Below are positions 11,826-22,636 of a DNA stretch of 52,939 nt, piece by piece (the stretch's first letter is position 1; the number at the start of each line of letters is the position of its first letter). Origin of the DNA: a virus (Duplodnaviria; Caudoviricetes); the IMG/VR virus record IMGVR_UViG_3300028388_001804, positions 1 to 52,939 of that record. The stretch is one strand, 5' to 3'. Under the pieces are notes generated by a model. That model saw nothing but the letters and a program-made list of their open reading frames with translations, was not told where the DNA came from and ran no database searches. Position numbers and translations under genes: made by a program.

Positions 11826-14492
11826 TTATTGATTTTTATTAATTCTTAAATCTTTTTTATTTACCCATTTATACTCTTTATTAGATAATCTTCTTGCTAT
11901 CATATTAGAATAATCTATCTCAGCCTTCGCCCTACTAACTGGGGCTCTAGCTTTAAACTTACCTGACTCAGGATCATATATCATCATAACAACTTGAGAT
12001 TGATCTGGAGTCTCGTACCCATAAGGGCTGTCTGCTTTAACAAAAGGAGCATAACCATAGATAGGATCGTTTGGATTTTGACTAGGAACTAATTGAATTA
12101 ATGGATTATTACCGTCTGTTGGTATATAAACATTAGATCCATCCACAACATGTAATTCTTTGTTATCATCATTCACAATACCTAGCTCAAGTCCGTATTT
12201 AAATTTCTGGTAGTCACCAGATAGAGTTGCTATATGTATAGCTCTTTTATCTTTTATATCTTGGCTTATACCTTCTTGTTCATACAAAGTAGCATAATCA
12301 GACGCAGCTCTTTTAGCTATATTCATAAGTTCTTCTTTGGTATTAGATCTTATTTTTCTAAGTGTAGTTCCATCAGCTTTAGTAATCACATGTTCAACAC
12401 CAGAATAAGCCCCACTAACATAAGGTAAAAATTCTTCTTTATCTCCTGACTTTAATGTGTAACTAGCTACAGTTTTTGTTTTAGTTTTACCGTCAGCGTC
12501 AATAACAAGATATTCGCCTTGATCTTTACCTGATTGCCATAATCTAGCTGCCTCAGCTTTCATATAAGATCCAGTAGATCCATCTCCAGATAAATTTTCT
12601 CCAAGCCAATGACTAGATATATTTTGATATGAGTCTAAATTTATACCTTGTTCTTCTGCTAGTTTTTGAGCTTTCTTAGTATATTTCTTACTAAGCTTTT
12701 TATTAGGTTTTATTCTGTTCCATATACTACCTGCTGGATTAAGAGGATTAAATGTTTTTGACTTCGGATTATTAGGATTTGCTACTCTGAGATCTCCTGC
12801 CATTACAGCCAATGCTTCATCATCAGAAAGATCTAATTTTTCTTTTATCTCTTTATGTAATTTAGATAATTCTGGATTGTTATACACAACTTCAGCTGTT
12901 CTACTATATTTAGTTCTCATTAAAGCACGTTTAGAATCCATAGCAGAAGCAAGAGATTGTGCGCTTTGTAGGTAATCATTTGCATCTACTGTGTTAGCAG
13001 TCATTGCAACAAATAAATCATCAGCAGTATTTGGATCTATTCCCAGTGCCTTAGATTGTTCTATAAAGTTATCTCTATTATCGGAATAAACTGAAAGATG
13101 GGCTATACCTTCATTTGTAATTCCTGACTGATCTATTACTTTTTTCAGCTGATTATTTCTTCCTGCAATTGCCTTCATACTATTAGAAGACACATCTATA
13201 GACTGAGTAAGGTTAGCCTCTAATTCTGCACCACTTGTATTTTTAGCTGATTGACTGTAAGTACTGTACATTGAACCTTTAGATATATCAAGTTGTTCTT
13301 GCATTATCCTAAGTTTAGCTCTTTGTATGCTGTTCTTTTTTCTATCAGCTTTAGCTTTATTATAAATAAGTTGCATATCTCTTTGTTCTACAAAATATGC
13401 TTCTTTCATAATATCAATATACCCTCTTGATATTTCTTTTTTAGCCAACTCTTGATTTGATAAGTTATCTATATCTTGTTTAGATGAAAGTAAATCAGAT
13501 TCAGTTTGATTTAAATCATTTAAAGCTTTGTCTAAAGCCATCTGAGTATTCTGACCCATAATACCATCAATAGGTCCTGGATTATACCCTAAGGACATTA
13601 ACTCTTGTTGTAATTCTTGTATATCTCCAGAAGATGCTTTACTATTTAAACTTGTCTTTAAATTGCCTATTTTATTTATTTGATGGTCATATCTTGCTTT
13701 TTCATCTTCTTTTAAAGCAGATCCAACTAAATCAGCCTTAGCATAAGCATCCACATCTATTTGCCCTTGTATTTTCTCATCTGATTGCATTAATTTAGAT
13801 GTTAGCTTTTCAATTCTGTCTTCAGAAATATGTTTCAAAGTGTGTTTTTCAAACCAAGTAGAAGCATCGTTACCGAGTAATTCAACAACTTGATTTTTAT
13901 CAAGTTTATCTAATATAGAAGTTAGCTCTTTCTTTACATCCACATAAGGTCTAATAAATCTCTCTGTGTTTGATATTGCTCCTGTACTTTTTTTAAGATT
14001 TTTATCATAAAAATTACTTATATCCTTAGAACCATAATTTTTCATATACTCCTTATAAGCATAATATCTGTTGTTATCAGCTCCTGCAACATCTCCTAGT
14101 TTATCATCTACATTAGAATAAAACTCAGCTTCGGCTTTTTTTAGTTCTGCAAATTTATTATAATAACTATTAGGATCATTTTTCTCCTGTTTCATGTGTC
14201 GAATAAAATCCCTAGTAGCTTTATCTCCAGCTGCTAAACCTTCGTTTTCATATATTTCATATATGTTTTCATATTGACTATCTAATTCTTGGGTATATTC
14301 GTTAGCTTTTTGTTTGTCTATTTCACGAGGATCTATATAAAATTGATCTTTAGCTGCTTCAGTTTGGTCAGCCATTAAATCTCTTTTCTGTATTGTTTCT
14401 GCCATAGATTTAAAATCTGGAGTATACAGTTTATCTATGTGCCTTGTTACATTAGCCTGAAACTGTACAGGCTTATCAAATCTATTTATCAA
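11826..14492 (-). CDS. Large internal virion (cargo) protein with a peptidoglycan-binding module
   Basis: 888 aa, TTG start, helical. Contains IQELQQELMSLGYNPGPIDGIMGQNTQMAL (PG_binding_1 pattern). Lies between the cargo gene and vRNAP as in crAss-like genomes. Confidence 0.7.
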   Translation of the reverse strand: MINRFDKPVQFQANVTRHIDKLYTPDFKSMAETIQKRDLMADQTEAAKDQFYIDPREIDKQKANEYTQELDSQYENIYEIYENEGLAAGDKATRDFIRHMKQEKNDPNSYYNKFAELKKAEAEFYSNVDDKLGDVAGADNNRYYAYKEYMKNYGSKDISNFYDKNLKKSTGAISNTERFIRPYVDVKKELTSILDKLDKNQVVELLGNDASTWFEKHTLKHISEDRIEKLTSKLMQSDEKIQGQIDVDAYAKADLVGSALKEDEKARYDHQINKIGNLKTSLNSKASSGDIQELQQELMSLGYNPGPIDGIMGQNTQMALDKALNDLNQTESDLLSSKQDIDNLSNQELAKKEISRGYIDIMKEAYFVEQRDMQLIYNKAKADRKKNSIQRAKLRIMQEQLDISKGSMYSTYSQSAKNTSGAELEANLTQSIDVSSNSMKAIAGRNNQLKKVIDQSGITNEGIAHLSVYSDNRDNFIEQSKALGIDPNTADDLFVAMTANTVDANDYLQSAQSLASAMDSKRALMRTKYSRTAEVVYNNPELSKLHKEIKEKLDLSDDEALAVMAGDLRVANPNNPKSKTFNPLNPAGSIWNRIKPNKKLSKKYTKKAQKLAEEQGINLDSYQNISSHWLGENLSGDGSTGSYMKAEAARLWQSGKDQGEYLVIDADGKTKTKTVASYTLKSGDKEEFLPYVSGAYSGVEHVITKADGTTLRKIRSNTKEELMNIAKRAASDYATLYEQEGISQDIKDKRAIHIATLSGDYQKFKYGLELGIVNDDNKELHVVDGSNVYIPTDGNNPLIQLVPSQNPNDPIYGYAPFVKADSPYGYETPDQSQVVMMIYDPESGKFKARAPVSRAKAEIDYSNMIARRLSNKEYKWVNKKDLRINKNQ

Positions 14493-14506
14493 CTTCTTAA
14501 ATTTTA

Positions 14507-15904
14507 TTATTTACCTTTATATGTATAAATTCCTTTTTTATACGAATCTAAAATTTTCTGTACACCTTTTTCATCATTATTATCTATATAATACATCAGA
14601 TTTTTCATAAAATCTTCTGAAATACCAAATCTATCAGACATAGTGCTAAGAGTCATCAATCTTTCTGCTGTTCCTAATTTAGCTAATTCTTTTTGATTTT
14701 TCATTATCTTCTCAGCTTTTATCTTGCTATCTATATTTTTACCTACTAAATTCCACATATTCTGAGCTGCCATTCTACGCATATTCCTAGTATTCGCATC
14801 ATTCTGAGCTTGCTCTACATCCTTCTGATGAGTATATTCTCTTTGTTGCGCACCTAATGTAGATCGCAATCTTGCTTCTTGAGATCTGTATTGATTGTTT
14901 GCTTGTTGAGTTTGAAGACCTATATTTTGCATTTGTTGAGATAAATTAGCTCCTATACCTACATTGTAAGCATTTCTTACTTGAGAACTACGAGTATTTA
15001 TATTCATTCTTTGAGAAGTAGCCTGTCTATTAGCTTCATTTACTAAAGCTGCATCATCAATTCTATTCTCTCGCATTAAATCTAAAGCTCTATAGTATTC
15101 TGGGTTATTTCTTTGTCTAACACTCTCAGAACCTCTAAGTCCGTCTGATATAGCTGAAGAGATCATAGGAGTCATAGATGCTATAAGTCCTATTTTATCT
15201 ATGTTTAAATTAGATCCAAAACTTTTAAATTTAGACATTCTATCTAATTTCTTATAGTTAATGTCATCCATGCGAGTTTGAGGTACTGGAACAGTGGAAT
15301 AAGAAGGGTCAGTAGCAGGTTTCTGTTGCTCTATAATTTTATTTGATTCAACAATATCTTTATCGTAATAATCATCTATTATAGAACTGGTAGTATTACC
15401 TAAAGATATTTCTTGTCCTGAGTACTGAGTATTATCTCCTGCAAGAGGATCTCCGTAATAAGGAGTGTCTTGATTTTGGGTTGTAATGTCAAATGAAGAA
15501 TCAGTATTATAATTTCTTAAACTGTAATCTTGAGCTAAGAACTTCATAGGTTTACTCTTTAAGGGTTGCCAAGGATCAGTATCATAATCTGATCGTATAC
15601 CTCCCAAAGCGTATTTCTTATTTTCTTCCAGCGGCTTTTGTTTCTTCTTTCTTTCATTTTTTCTTTTTAAATCTTCAAGTTCATTTTTCATAGAAGTCAT
15701 ACCCAAGGCATTATTAAACCATCGTTTAGAATATTTATTCTCTATTTTCTTAGAAACGTCAGCAGTACCTAATTTTTTAGAAAAAATATATCCATTGTGT
15801 TCAGTTTCTTCTCCTTCCACTTCTATATTACCAGATCTTATTCCACCTTGACTATGTTTAGGTCCTGTATATTTTATTAAATTATTTGTTTTTATTTTTT
15901 TCAT
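14507..15904 (-). CDS. Cargo protein (crAss C1-like)
   Basis: N-terminal GPKHSQGGI...IEVEGEE...YIFS motif, Q/N-rich coiled C-terminal half, directly after the muzzle gene. Confidence 0.65.
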   Translation of the reverse strand: MKKIKTNNLIKYTGPKHSQGGIRSGNIEVEGEETEHNGYIFSKKLGTADVSKKIENKYSKRWFNNALGMTSMKNELEDLKRKNERKKKQKPLEENKKYALGGIRSDYDTDPWQPLKSKPMKFLAQDYSLRNYNTDSSFDITTQNQDTPYYGDPLAGDNTQYSGQEISLGNTTSSIIDDYYDKDIVESNKIIEQQKPATDPSYSTVPVPQTRMDDINYKKLDRMSKFKSFGSNLNIDKIGLIASMTPMISSAISDGLRGSESVRQRNNPEYYRALDLMRENRIDDAALVNEANRQATSQRMNINTRSSQVRNAYNVGIGANLSQQMQNIGLQTQQANNQYRSQEARLRSTLGAQQREYTHQKDVEQAQNDANTRNMRRMAAQNMWNLVGKNIDSKIKAEKIMKNQKELAKLGTAERLMTLSTMSDRFGISEDFMKNLMYYIDNNDEKGVQKILDSYKKGIYTYKGK

Positions 15905-18900
15905 TATAATATATTTGGTACTGTTACCGTCGATATGAAATTAGTTTTAATTTTATTACTGCCATTATAATACAATCTAATCCCGATATAATTATCTATA
16001 ATTCTTTTTAATTGCCATTCTTGTCGTGTAAGGTCTAAATTAGTCGGAACTTTGTCTATAAAATAATTAGATTGAATATTATTCCAATCAGATGTAAAAA
16101 TATTAGAGTTTAAACCTATATCTCTGATAGCAGCTACTTTATGAAGATTGTTTGACTTTATTACTGATTTATTAGTAGGATCCCAACCTAAATTAAATAC
16201 TGTATCAGAAGTTTCTAACTGCAAGTTAAGTAGTCCTGTACTTTGATTACTTGAGTAAACAACTAGGTTATCGTAAGTTTCGTTTAATACAGCCTCATTT
16301 TCATCTACTACTTCTGAATAGTATTGAATAGAATCTATTATAGAAGTTCTATTAAACTGAAGTGTATAATCTAGTATGCTAGATTCTTGAATACCGTAAT
16401 AATTAGATCTAACAGTCTCATTATCGTGAGAATATAAAGTAGATCCTATAGAAGAAAACACTGTAGTAGAATTACTAAATAAATAGTCAGGAATGTAAGA
16501 GTGAAAAGAAGTCCAGCTTTTATTCATTAAAGAATAAGATAGTGTAAATGATTGATTTTCGTAGCGATCTACATTTGATGTGGGTTCACTAGAATCTTGC
16601 CCTTCAATAAGTTTAAAAGACTTTACTGAATATAAAATTCTATCATACTTGTTATCATAAGCAATGAGTACTGAGTGATCTTTTCCGAATAAAGGAGATT
16701 TACTCTGTAAGTAACTGTTTAAACCTTTATAATTTAAATTATTTAAATTGGAAGAATGAAGGTAAATTCTACTAGAATTACTATCAACCCAAGTTATACC
16801 AGAAGGTATCTTTAAAACACTTCCGTTTAAACATCCATAAGCTCCATATTCTGCATTAGAGAGCTTTTCTGGTGTAAGTGATAGAAATGCTCCAGACTCT
16901 ATTATAATGCCGTTAGAACCAGTATTTAGCTGTTGATGATTAGGTCTAGTAATGTATAAATCGTCTGTAGTATGAATATATAATCTATTTTTAGAATAAG
17001 TTAAGTTAGTTATTTCTCCTTTATCCCCGTCAATAATTTTTTCTGCTCCTGGTTTGTACAGAGTATACGCATCTCCAGAAAACACGTTACTAGATAAAGA
17101 GCTGTAGATAATAGTATTTGGGTATTTATTTATACAGTCAGAGCAGAAATTATATGTAAAAGGTAAAGGGTAATACACATTCTCATAATTCTTTTTACTA
17201 TAGTCGTAATTATACCTATATATTTCAGGACATACAGTTCCATTTATAACGTAATTTTGTATATCTTCACTATAAGTAAGCAACTTATCTCTAATATAAC
17301 CTAAAAACTCCAAAGAGTTTACATCATAAATATCTCCACATACAGTTTCAATTTCTCTTAGATTTGTATCTATTTCACTTTCAACTACTAAATCTGTAAG
17401 AACCTCAGCATGGTATCTAATATCTCCATTTCTACAGTATAAATGTCCTGCAGGCCCAGGAAATTTCCATGTATTTGTAGTAAAATTTGTTAAATCTCCT
17501 AAGGCATTATCTTTATACAAAGCTGCTATTTCACGGATAGTAGATACAGTTACTCCTAGAGTAAACCCTACTCCTGCTGCTATTAATGCAGCTTGAGGTC
17601 CTCCAACACCTGCAGATTGAGCTGCTGATTGTACTGAATTAGATAAAGCTTGTACATTAGGTGCTGCGTCAGAAGTTGATATAGTAGCTCCTAAAGCTGA
17701 TGCAGCTCCTACAATACCAGAGCCTAACACTCTAATTGCTTTATCTAGAAAAGCTGTAGTACCTTCACTTTCTAATAAAACATTTGCAATAAAAGGAGGT
17801 GATACCCAAGTTTCTCCTTCAAATATTACTGTATCTCCAGTTTTCATACCGTTATGAGTACGGACATATTCAATAGAATATAAATCATCAAAAACAATTT
17901 TATCATTATCAGCTAAACTCACATAAAACAAGCTACCTTGATCGTCTTCCACCCAAGAAATATCTGAATTAGTATAAATAAATTGAAAAGGATTTAACAT
18001 AGATGTATTTATAACTGTAGTAGCAGTTTCAAATATATTCCTAGAACTTTCGTTATATTCAAAAAATTTAGATTTTAGTATGGTACTAGATTGTGAATCT
18101 ATTCGTTGCGCACCCCTTTTTAAATAAGAAGCAGTAATTATAATGTCGGTATCTTCTCCAAACATAGCAGAACCATTTCCATCGTATTCCATGCAATTCC
18201 AGTTACCTTTACCATATTTTACATTTCCTATTCCAGATTCACAATTAGAATCTATATTATATTCAGTAGTTCTAAACTCTAATATTTTATTAAAATGAGT
18301 AGATTGTATTTCTTTTCTTTTATATTGTAATTCTGGAGATGTGAACCACAGGTGTTTAGTAGAAGCAGTTGGTTCTGAAGGTTGTAAATATGTCATACCT
18401 CTAAATACCATACCAGTAGAAGAAGTAATATTATTTAATGTTCCTGCAAATCCTTTAGAATAAATAGTTTTATTACTATAATTTCTTTTAGCTTTTACAA
18501 TATAATGTCCTATTACATCGTCAGGGTACTGTATATTAGAAAATTCGTATCCAATAATTCCTTTTTGGTCTAATCCTCCTAAGGTAATAACTCCTCTATC
18601 AGGAGTTACAAAATGTTTAATATTCTGATTTGAAAGAGTTCCTCCTCCTTGTATATCCCAATAAGTATCCGCACAATTTGGATTTGTATATGTAGATTGA
18701 GTGATGTGAGGATCGCAAGTTCCAGTTCTATGATAGGCAGGAACAGAAGGGAGCAAAGAATACGTTGTTTTACAAGGTATGTTAAATACAGGGGACTCTT
18801 GTCCGTTAGTATGGATATAAACTATACCGAAAGCTTCTACTTCTCCTCCCATAAAACTTCTCTCTCTTGCTCTTGAATCTACTATTTTAGACACCCATTG

Positions 18901-19890
18901 TGTGTCAATAGCATTAGCATATTGTTGATATAAATTATATGGTCTATATTTTTCAGTTAAATTAGCTCTAAGTAACCTACCATCTACTTGTTCCATTACC
19001 TTAGATGTCTCATAAACAATATTTTGTTGTAATAATTCATCTAATGTAACTCTAACATCTTCCGATGTTAAATTTGTAAAATGAAATGAATATATAGAGT
19101 TTTGAATAGGTTGATTATTTTTTATACAATAAAATTCAGTTGCTGTGCCTGTACCACTGGTTGCAATTGCAACATAAATATTAAAATAAGCAAACTTAGT
19201 ATCTATATTTTCTATTAACAGTTCAATAGAAGAATCTTGGTTTTTAATTACAAAAGTAGGTAATGATAAATAACTTCTATAAACTACATTAAATTCATTA
19301 TCTAAATAAGAAATACTAAATTGGTACGCTCCTGGCTTTAGAGATCCAGCATTTAATACAGTAGCTGTAAAGTTTGGAATGATAAAATCTGGATTTAGTT
19401 CGATTAAATTACAATCAAAATTTCCAGTAGAGTCGTTGTACAGACCATCATCATAGGCAGATAGATTAATTCTTCTATCAGGATTTAGACTATCTCTGAA
19501 ATAAATAACTTCATCACATCCATTGACAATTCTATATTCCCCTGTGATTCTAAATTTTAAATCAGTAGAAAAATTTAAACATTGATCGGAAATTAACTGT
19601 GTGTAGGAATTATTAAACCATTTACCTATACTATGAGAATCAACTCCATTAGAAGTAAATAGAATAGTAGTAGAATTATCTACTGATATATGTCCTATGA
19701 TAACTTCATTGTTAGAAAAAGTAAATCGTTCTGTAGTTCCATGTTCGTTTACAATAGTTCCTATATCTCCTTTACTAGAATTATTTAAAAGATTTAAACC
19801 AAAGTTATACGAGTTTTTTACAGGAGAATTTTCTGATTTATCAGAAGACATTCCTATAATCGGTACTGCAATATTATTTTGTTGTATCAT
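15904..19890 (-). CDS. Tail stabilization / muzzle protein (crAss Tstab, P22 gp10-like)
   Basis: 1328 aa, beta-rich. Motifs IYFRDSLNPDRRINL, LKPGAYQFSISY, GRLLRANL, SWTSFHSYIPD and position match crAss-like Tstab. Confidence 0.8.
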   Translation of the reverse strand: MIQQNNIAVPIIGMSSDKSENSPVKNSYNFGLNLLNNSSKGDIGTIVNEHGTTERFTFSNNEVIIGHISVDNSTTILFTSNGVDSHSIGKWFNNSYTQLISDQCLNFSTDLKFRITGEYRIVNGCDEVIYFRDSLNPDRRINLSAYDDGLYNDSTGNFDCNLIELNPDFIIPNFTATVLNAGSLKPGAYQFSISYLDNEFNVVYRSYLSLPTFVIKNQDSSIELLIENIDTKFAYFNIYVAIATSGTGTATEFYCIKNNQPIQNSIYSFHFTNLTSEDVRVTLDELLQQNIVYETSKVMEQVDGRLLRANLTEKYRPYNLYQQYANAIDTQWVSKIVDSRARERSFMGGEVEAFGIVYIHTNGQESPVFNIPCKTTYSLLPSVPAYHRTGTCDPHITQSTYTNPNCADTYWDIQGGGTLSNQNIKHFVTPDRGVITLGGLDQKGIIGYEFSNIQYPDDVIGHYIVKAKRNYSNKTIYSKGFAGTLNNITSSTGMVFRGMTYLQPSEPTASTKHLWFTSPELQYKRKEIQSTHFNKILEFRTTEYNIDSNCESGIGNVKYGKGNWNCMEYDGNGSAMFGEDTDIIITASYLKRGAQRIDSQSSTILKSKFFEYNESSRNIFETATTVINTSMLNPFQFIYTNSDISWVEDDQGSLFYVSLADNDKIVFDDLYSIEYVRTHNGMKTGDTVIFEGETWVSPPFIANVLLESEGTTAFLDKAIRVLGSGIVGAASALGATISTSDAAPNVQALSNSVQSAAQSAGVGGPQAALIAAGVGFTLGVTVSTIREIAALYKDNALGDLTNFTTNTWKFPGPAGHLYCRNGDIRYHAEVLTDLVVESEIDTNLREIETVCGDIYDVNSLEFLGYIRDKLLTYSEDIQNYVINGTVCPEIYRYNYDYSKKNYENVYYPLPFTYNFCSDCINKYPNTIIYSSLSSNVFSGDAYTLYKPGAEKIIDGDKGEITNLTYSKNRLYIHTTDDLYITRPNHQQLNTGSNGIIIESGAFLSLTPEKLSNAEYGAYGCLNGSVLKIPSGITWVDSNSSRIYLHSSNLNNLNYKGLNSYLQSKSPLFGKDHSVLIAYDNKYDRILYSVKSFKLIEGQDSSEPTSNVDRYENQSFTLSYSLMNKSWTSFHSYIPDYLFSNSTTVFSSIGSTLYSHDNETVRSNYYGIQESSILDYTLQFNRTSIIDSIQYYSEVVDENEAVLNETYDNLVVYSSNQSTGLLNLQLETSDTVFNLGWDPTNKSVIKSNNLHKVAAIRDIGLNSNIFTSDWNNIQSNYFIDKVPTNLDLTRQEWQLKRIIDNYIGIRLYYNGSNKIKTNFISTVTVPNIL

Positions 19891-20723
19891 TTTAAATGTT
19901 CATTAAATACTATAGGATTATGTATTTGTCTTAAATTATCTCCTATAATAGTATTATATAATAGATTAGAATTAATATTTCTAAGTCTAAACTTTCCTTT
20001 TATTTTATTGTATAGTCCGTTATATTTTCTATTTATTCTTGAATAGGTATTATAATCTTTTCTAATATCTTCTTCAAAGTCTCGCATCATTATATGTATT
20101 CTAAAAAATTCAAACACATCTTGATCGTCGACAATTTGATAGTCTCCAGAACATTCTGGTAAATATTCATAATGAACAATAGCATAACCTTCTTGCTTAT
20201 CTGTACGGATAACATTTGACATATCTATTGCAAAATAATTAGTTTCTTCCGTACAATGTTTACAAGAGCTTTTTGTATTTCTACCTAAAAAACATAATTC
20301 AGTAAAATGCTGTTTTCTGAAATTAGACTCTAAAAAAAGTCTATAATGAATAGTATGCCCTAAACTGTAGTGTTTTGTTATAATCTCTGCAGCACCACAA
20401 GAAGATTGTAATTCATCAATTTGTTCTTGAGTCATTGAAAGTTTCTCGCAATAAAAACAGTCGTTTACTTCAGACATAGTACAATCATTTTCATTATAGT
20501 CTTTTAAATAGAAAATATTATAAATATGACTCCAATTAGAATTTAATTGTACTGTATTGTTTTCAATAGGAACTATTTCACAGGTTAGTATATGTTTTTG
20601 TGGAAAATTTAGTCTTTGATAAGCATCATACATCAAACCTATTAATTTATCTGTACCGTATTTCTCTATATAAGATCGGGGTATATAGTTCAATGCTTGA
20701 GTTAATGTTGTGTATTGTGTCAT
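19887..20723 (-). CDS. Tail tubular / ring protein 1-like
   Basis: 278 aa immediately upstream of the muzzle gene (conserved crAss synteny). Confidence 0.6.
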   Translation of the reverse strand: MTQYTTLTQALNYIPRSYIEKYGTDKLIGLMYDAYQRLNFPQKHILTCEIVPIENNTVQLNSNWSHIYNIFYLKDYNENDCTMSEVNDCFYCEKLSMTQEQIDELQSSCGAAEIITKHYSLGHTIHYRLFLESNFRKQHFTELCFLGRNTKSSCKHCTEETNYFAIDMSNVIRTDKQEGYAIVHYEYLPECSGDYQIVDDQDVFEFFRIHIMMRDFEEDIRKDYNTYSRINRKYNGLYNKIKGKFRLRNINSNLLYNTIIGDNLRQIHNPIVFNEHLK

Positions 20724-21253
20724 CTTAATATGGTATCATTATATTTATAAATAATCTCAGAATTTTCTAATATATAATCTCTCATTATAAATCTATATTT
20801 TTTAGGAAATTTAAATCCATAATAACTAAAAGCGTGGATAAGATCAGAGTCTAAAGACCTAGTCCATTTTAAATAAACTCTATATCTATTAGTGTGATGA
20901 GAATCTCTAAAAGTTTTTAAATGTTTAAGTTTTTCTGGATTAAATCCTTTGACTAGATACCTACCTAAAGTTCTAGTATGTTTATCGTAAGTAGGCTTAG
21001 CTTTTTTAAAAGAAATTGACCCTAATCTGTATGGTAATAATATTTTTTTACCTTTATAAAAAGTTTCAGTGAAAAGTAAATCAATATAATCTGAAAGTAC
21101 TTGTTTTGTTTTTTCATACGAAAGAGGGGGTAATGTATCGCAGTTTTCTTTATAAAAAGAAATTAAATCTTTATAGTACTGTGGTGTCCCGTAAGTAGTT
21201 TCTTGATAGAATTTACCTTCTTTGGTCAATGGAATTGCTATTGTTTGTCTCAT
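20720..21253 (-). CDS. IHF/HU-like DNA-binding protein (crAss IHF_53-like)
   Basis: Basic 177 aa with ILLPYRLGSISFKK; typical position before the tail tubular gene. Confidence 0.6.
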   Translation of the reverse strand: MRQTIAIPLTKEGKFYQETTYGTPQYYKDLISFYKENCDTLPPLSYEKTKQVLSDYIDLLFTETFYKGKKILLPYRLGSISFKKAKPTYDKHTRTLGRYLVKGFNPEKLKHLKTFRDSHHTNRYRVYLKWTRSLDSDLIHAFSYYGFKFPKKYRFIMRDYILENSEIIYKYNDTILR

Positions 21254-21875
21254 CTTCTTTTAATTTGAGTGAAGGAAAAATAAGTTTTAACGCTACAGAT
21301 AGTACGTCTAAGTGTAAATTTGCAGGGAGATCAAATTCTAAGTCTCTAGGGTCTTCTGTACAAGTTTCTGCTAAAGTTTCTTTCTCACACAATGTTTTAC
21401 CTGCCCAGTCAGCTGGGTCTTCCCAAATACCTTTTACTATAATAGCCTTTAAATTAATATTATTCCACAATACAATCTTATTATTAACTAAAGAAAACGA
21501 AATTTGTTTTTTATAAATAGGATGTAAAAGTCTATGTTTTTGTTCTTCAGGGTATATTTCAGTTATTCTATTATATCCTAAAGTATAAACTTTTAAATTA
21601 TCCCCAATTTCTCTTGGTAATTCTATTGTACTTTTTAAAACATCACATCCAAAATTTACGCAATCGCAATCGTGCGCTTTACCTAATTCTAATTTCACAC
21701 AATATTCTTTAGTAGACCATAAGTCTTTATTTTTAATATTTTTTAAATATTTATATAACAATGCTTTTCTGGCATTATTTAATATAAAGTATAGATACTG
21801 GTCTGTAAAATAAGAATCATCTGAATATTCTGATATAGATTTTCTTAAAGCAGATATTATTTCTCTATTTGTCAT
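21213..21875 (-). CDS. Tail ring / head-tail connector protein
   Basis: N-terminus REIISALRK...SDDSYFTDQYLYFILNNARKALL and C-terminal EFDLP...DETNNS resemble crAss ring proteins. Confidence 0.65.
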   Translation of the reverse strand: MTNREIISALRKSISEYSDDSYFTDQYLYFILNNARKALLYKYLKNIKNKDLWSTKEYCVKLELGKAHDCDCVNFGCDVLKSTIELPREIGDNLKVYTLGYNRITEIYPEEQKHRLLHPIYKKQISFSLVNNKIVLWNNINLKAIIVKGIWEDPADWAGKTLCEKETLAETCTEDPRDLEFDLPANLHLDVLSVALKLIFPSLKLKEDETNNSNSIDQRR

Positions 21876-22635
21876 AATGTATTTTTAATTCTTTTAATTT
21901 TATTATTTTATAACCATCTTCTTTTAAATGAATAATATTAATACTGGAAACATCAAAACCTGCTCGTTTTAAAATTAAAGCATATATAGACAATTGTAAA
22001 GAATATTTAACTATTTTATTATCATATAGATTATGATAAGGAAATTTCATTTTATTATAATAAGTTCTTTTAATTTCTTTATCTGTTTTATAATCCCATA
22101 TTTCTAATTTATCAGTTTTAGTATTCCATATTAGTAAATCAATCATTCCTGCTAAGCCTAATTCAGAATCTCCTATTACAAATTCAGTTTTTATAGGTAC
22201 TAAATGAGGGTGATCTTCGAAAAAAGATATTCCATGTTTAGTTTTTAATTTATTATCTGAATATTGCAAAAATACTCCATATCTTCTTTCAGCTATATTT
22301 TGTAAGGCATCGTGAGTACCGCTTCCTTCTTCAGATGCTTTTTTACCTTCTAATTTCCATTTATTTTTTATACATAAACTTTCTTCTAATAAATTATAAT
22401 TTTTAATAAGACTATCTATTTTGTCTGTTGACATATCATTATTAACACTAATACCTGCAGCTTTTAAAGCAGCGTATTTGCTGCGATAATTTACATCAAA
22501 AGGAATTTTATACTTCTTTATGTATTGTGTACTACTTGTAAGAATTTTATTAGATTTTGAATCTAGATAATAATGATCTTTGTCGTGATAATGGATGTGA
22601 CTAAACCTCTGTATTAATTTTACTATATCTAACAT
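21865..22635 (-). CDS. PD-(D/E)XK (Cas4/RecB-like) exonuclease
   Basis: GSGTH, EFVIGD..LAGMIDLL, IWDYKT and YSLQLSIY motifs. Confidence 0.85.
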   Translation of the reverse strand: MLDIVKLIQRFSHIHYHDKDHYYLDSKSNKILTSSTQYIKKYKIPFDVNYRSKYAALKAAGISVNNDMSTDKIDSLIKNYNLLEESLCIKNKWKLEGKKASEEGSGTHDALQNIAERRYGVFLQYSDNKLKTKHGISFFEDHPHLVPIKTEFVIGDSELGLAGMIDLLIWNTKTDKLEIWDYKTDKEIKRTYYNKMKFPYHNLYDNKIVKYSLQLSIYALILKRAGFDVSSINIIHLKEDGYKIIKLKELKIHYDK

Positions 22636-22636
22636 A

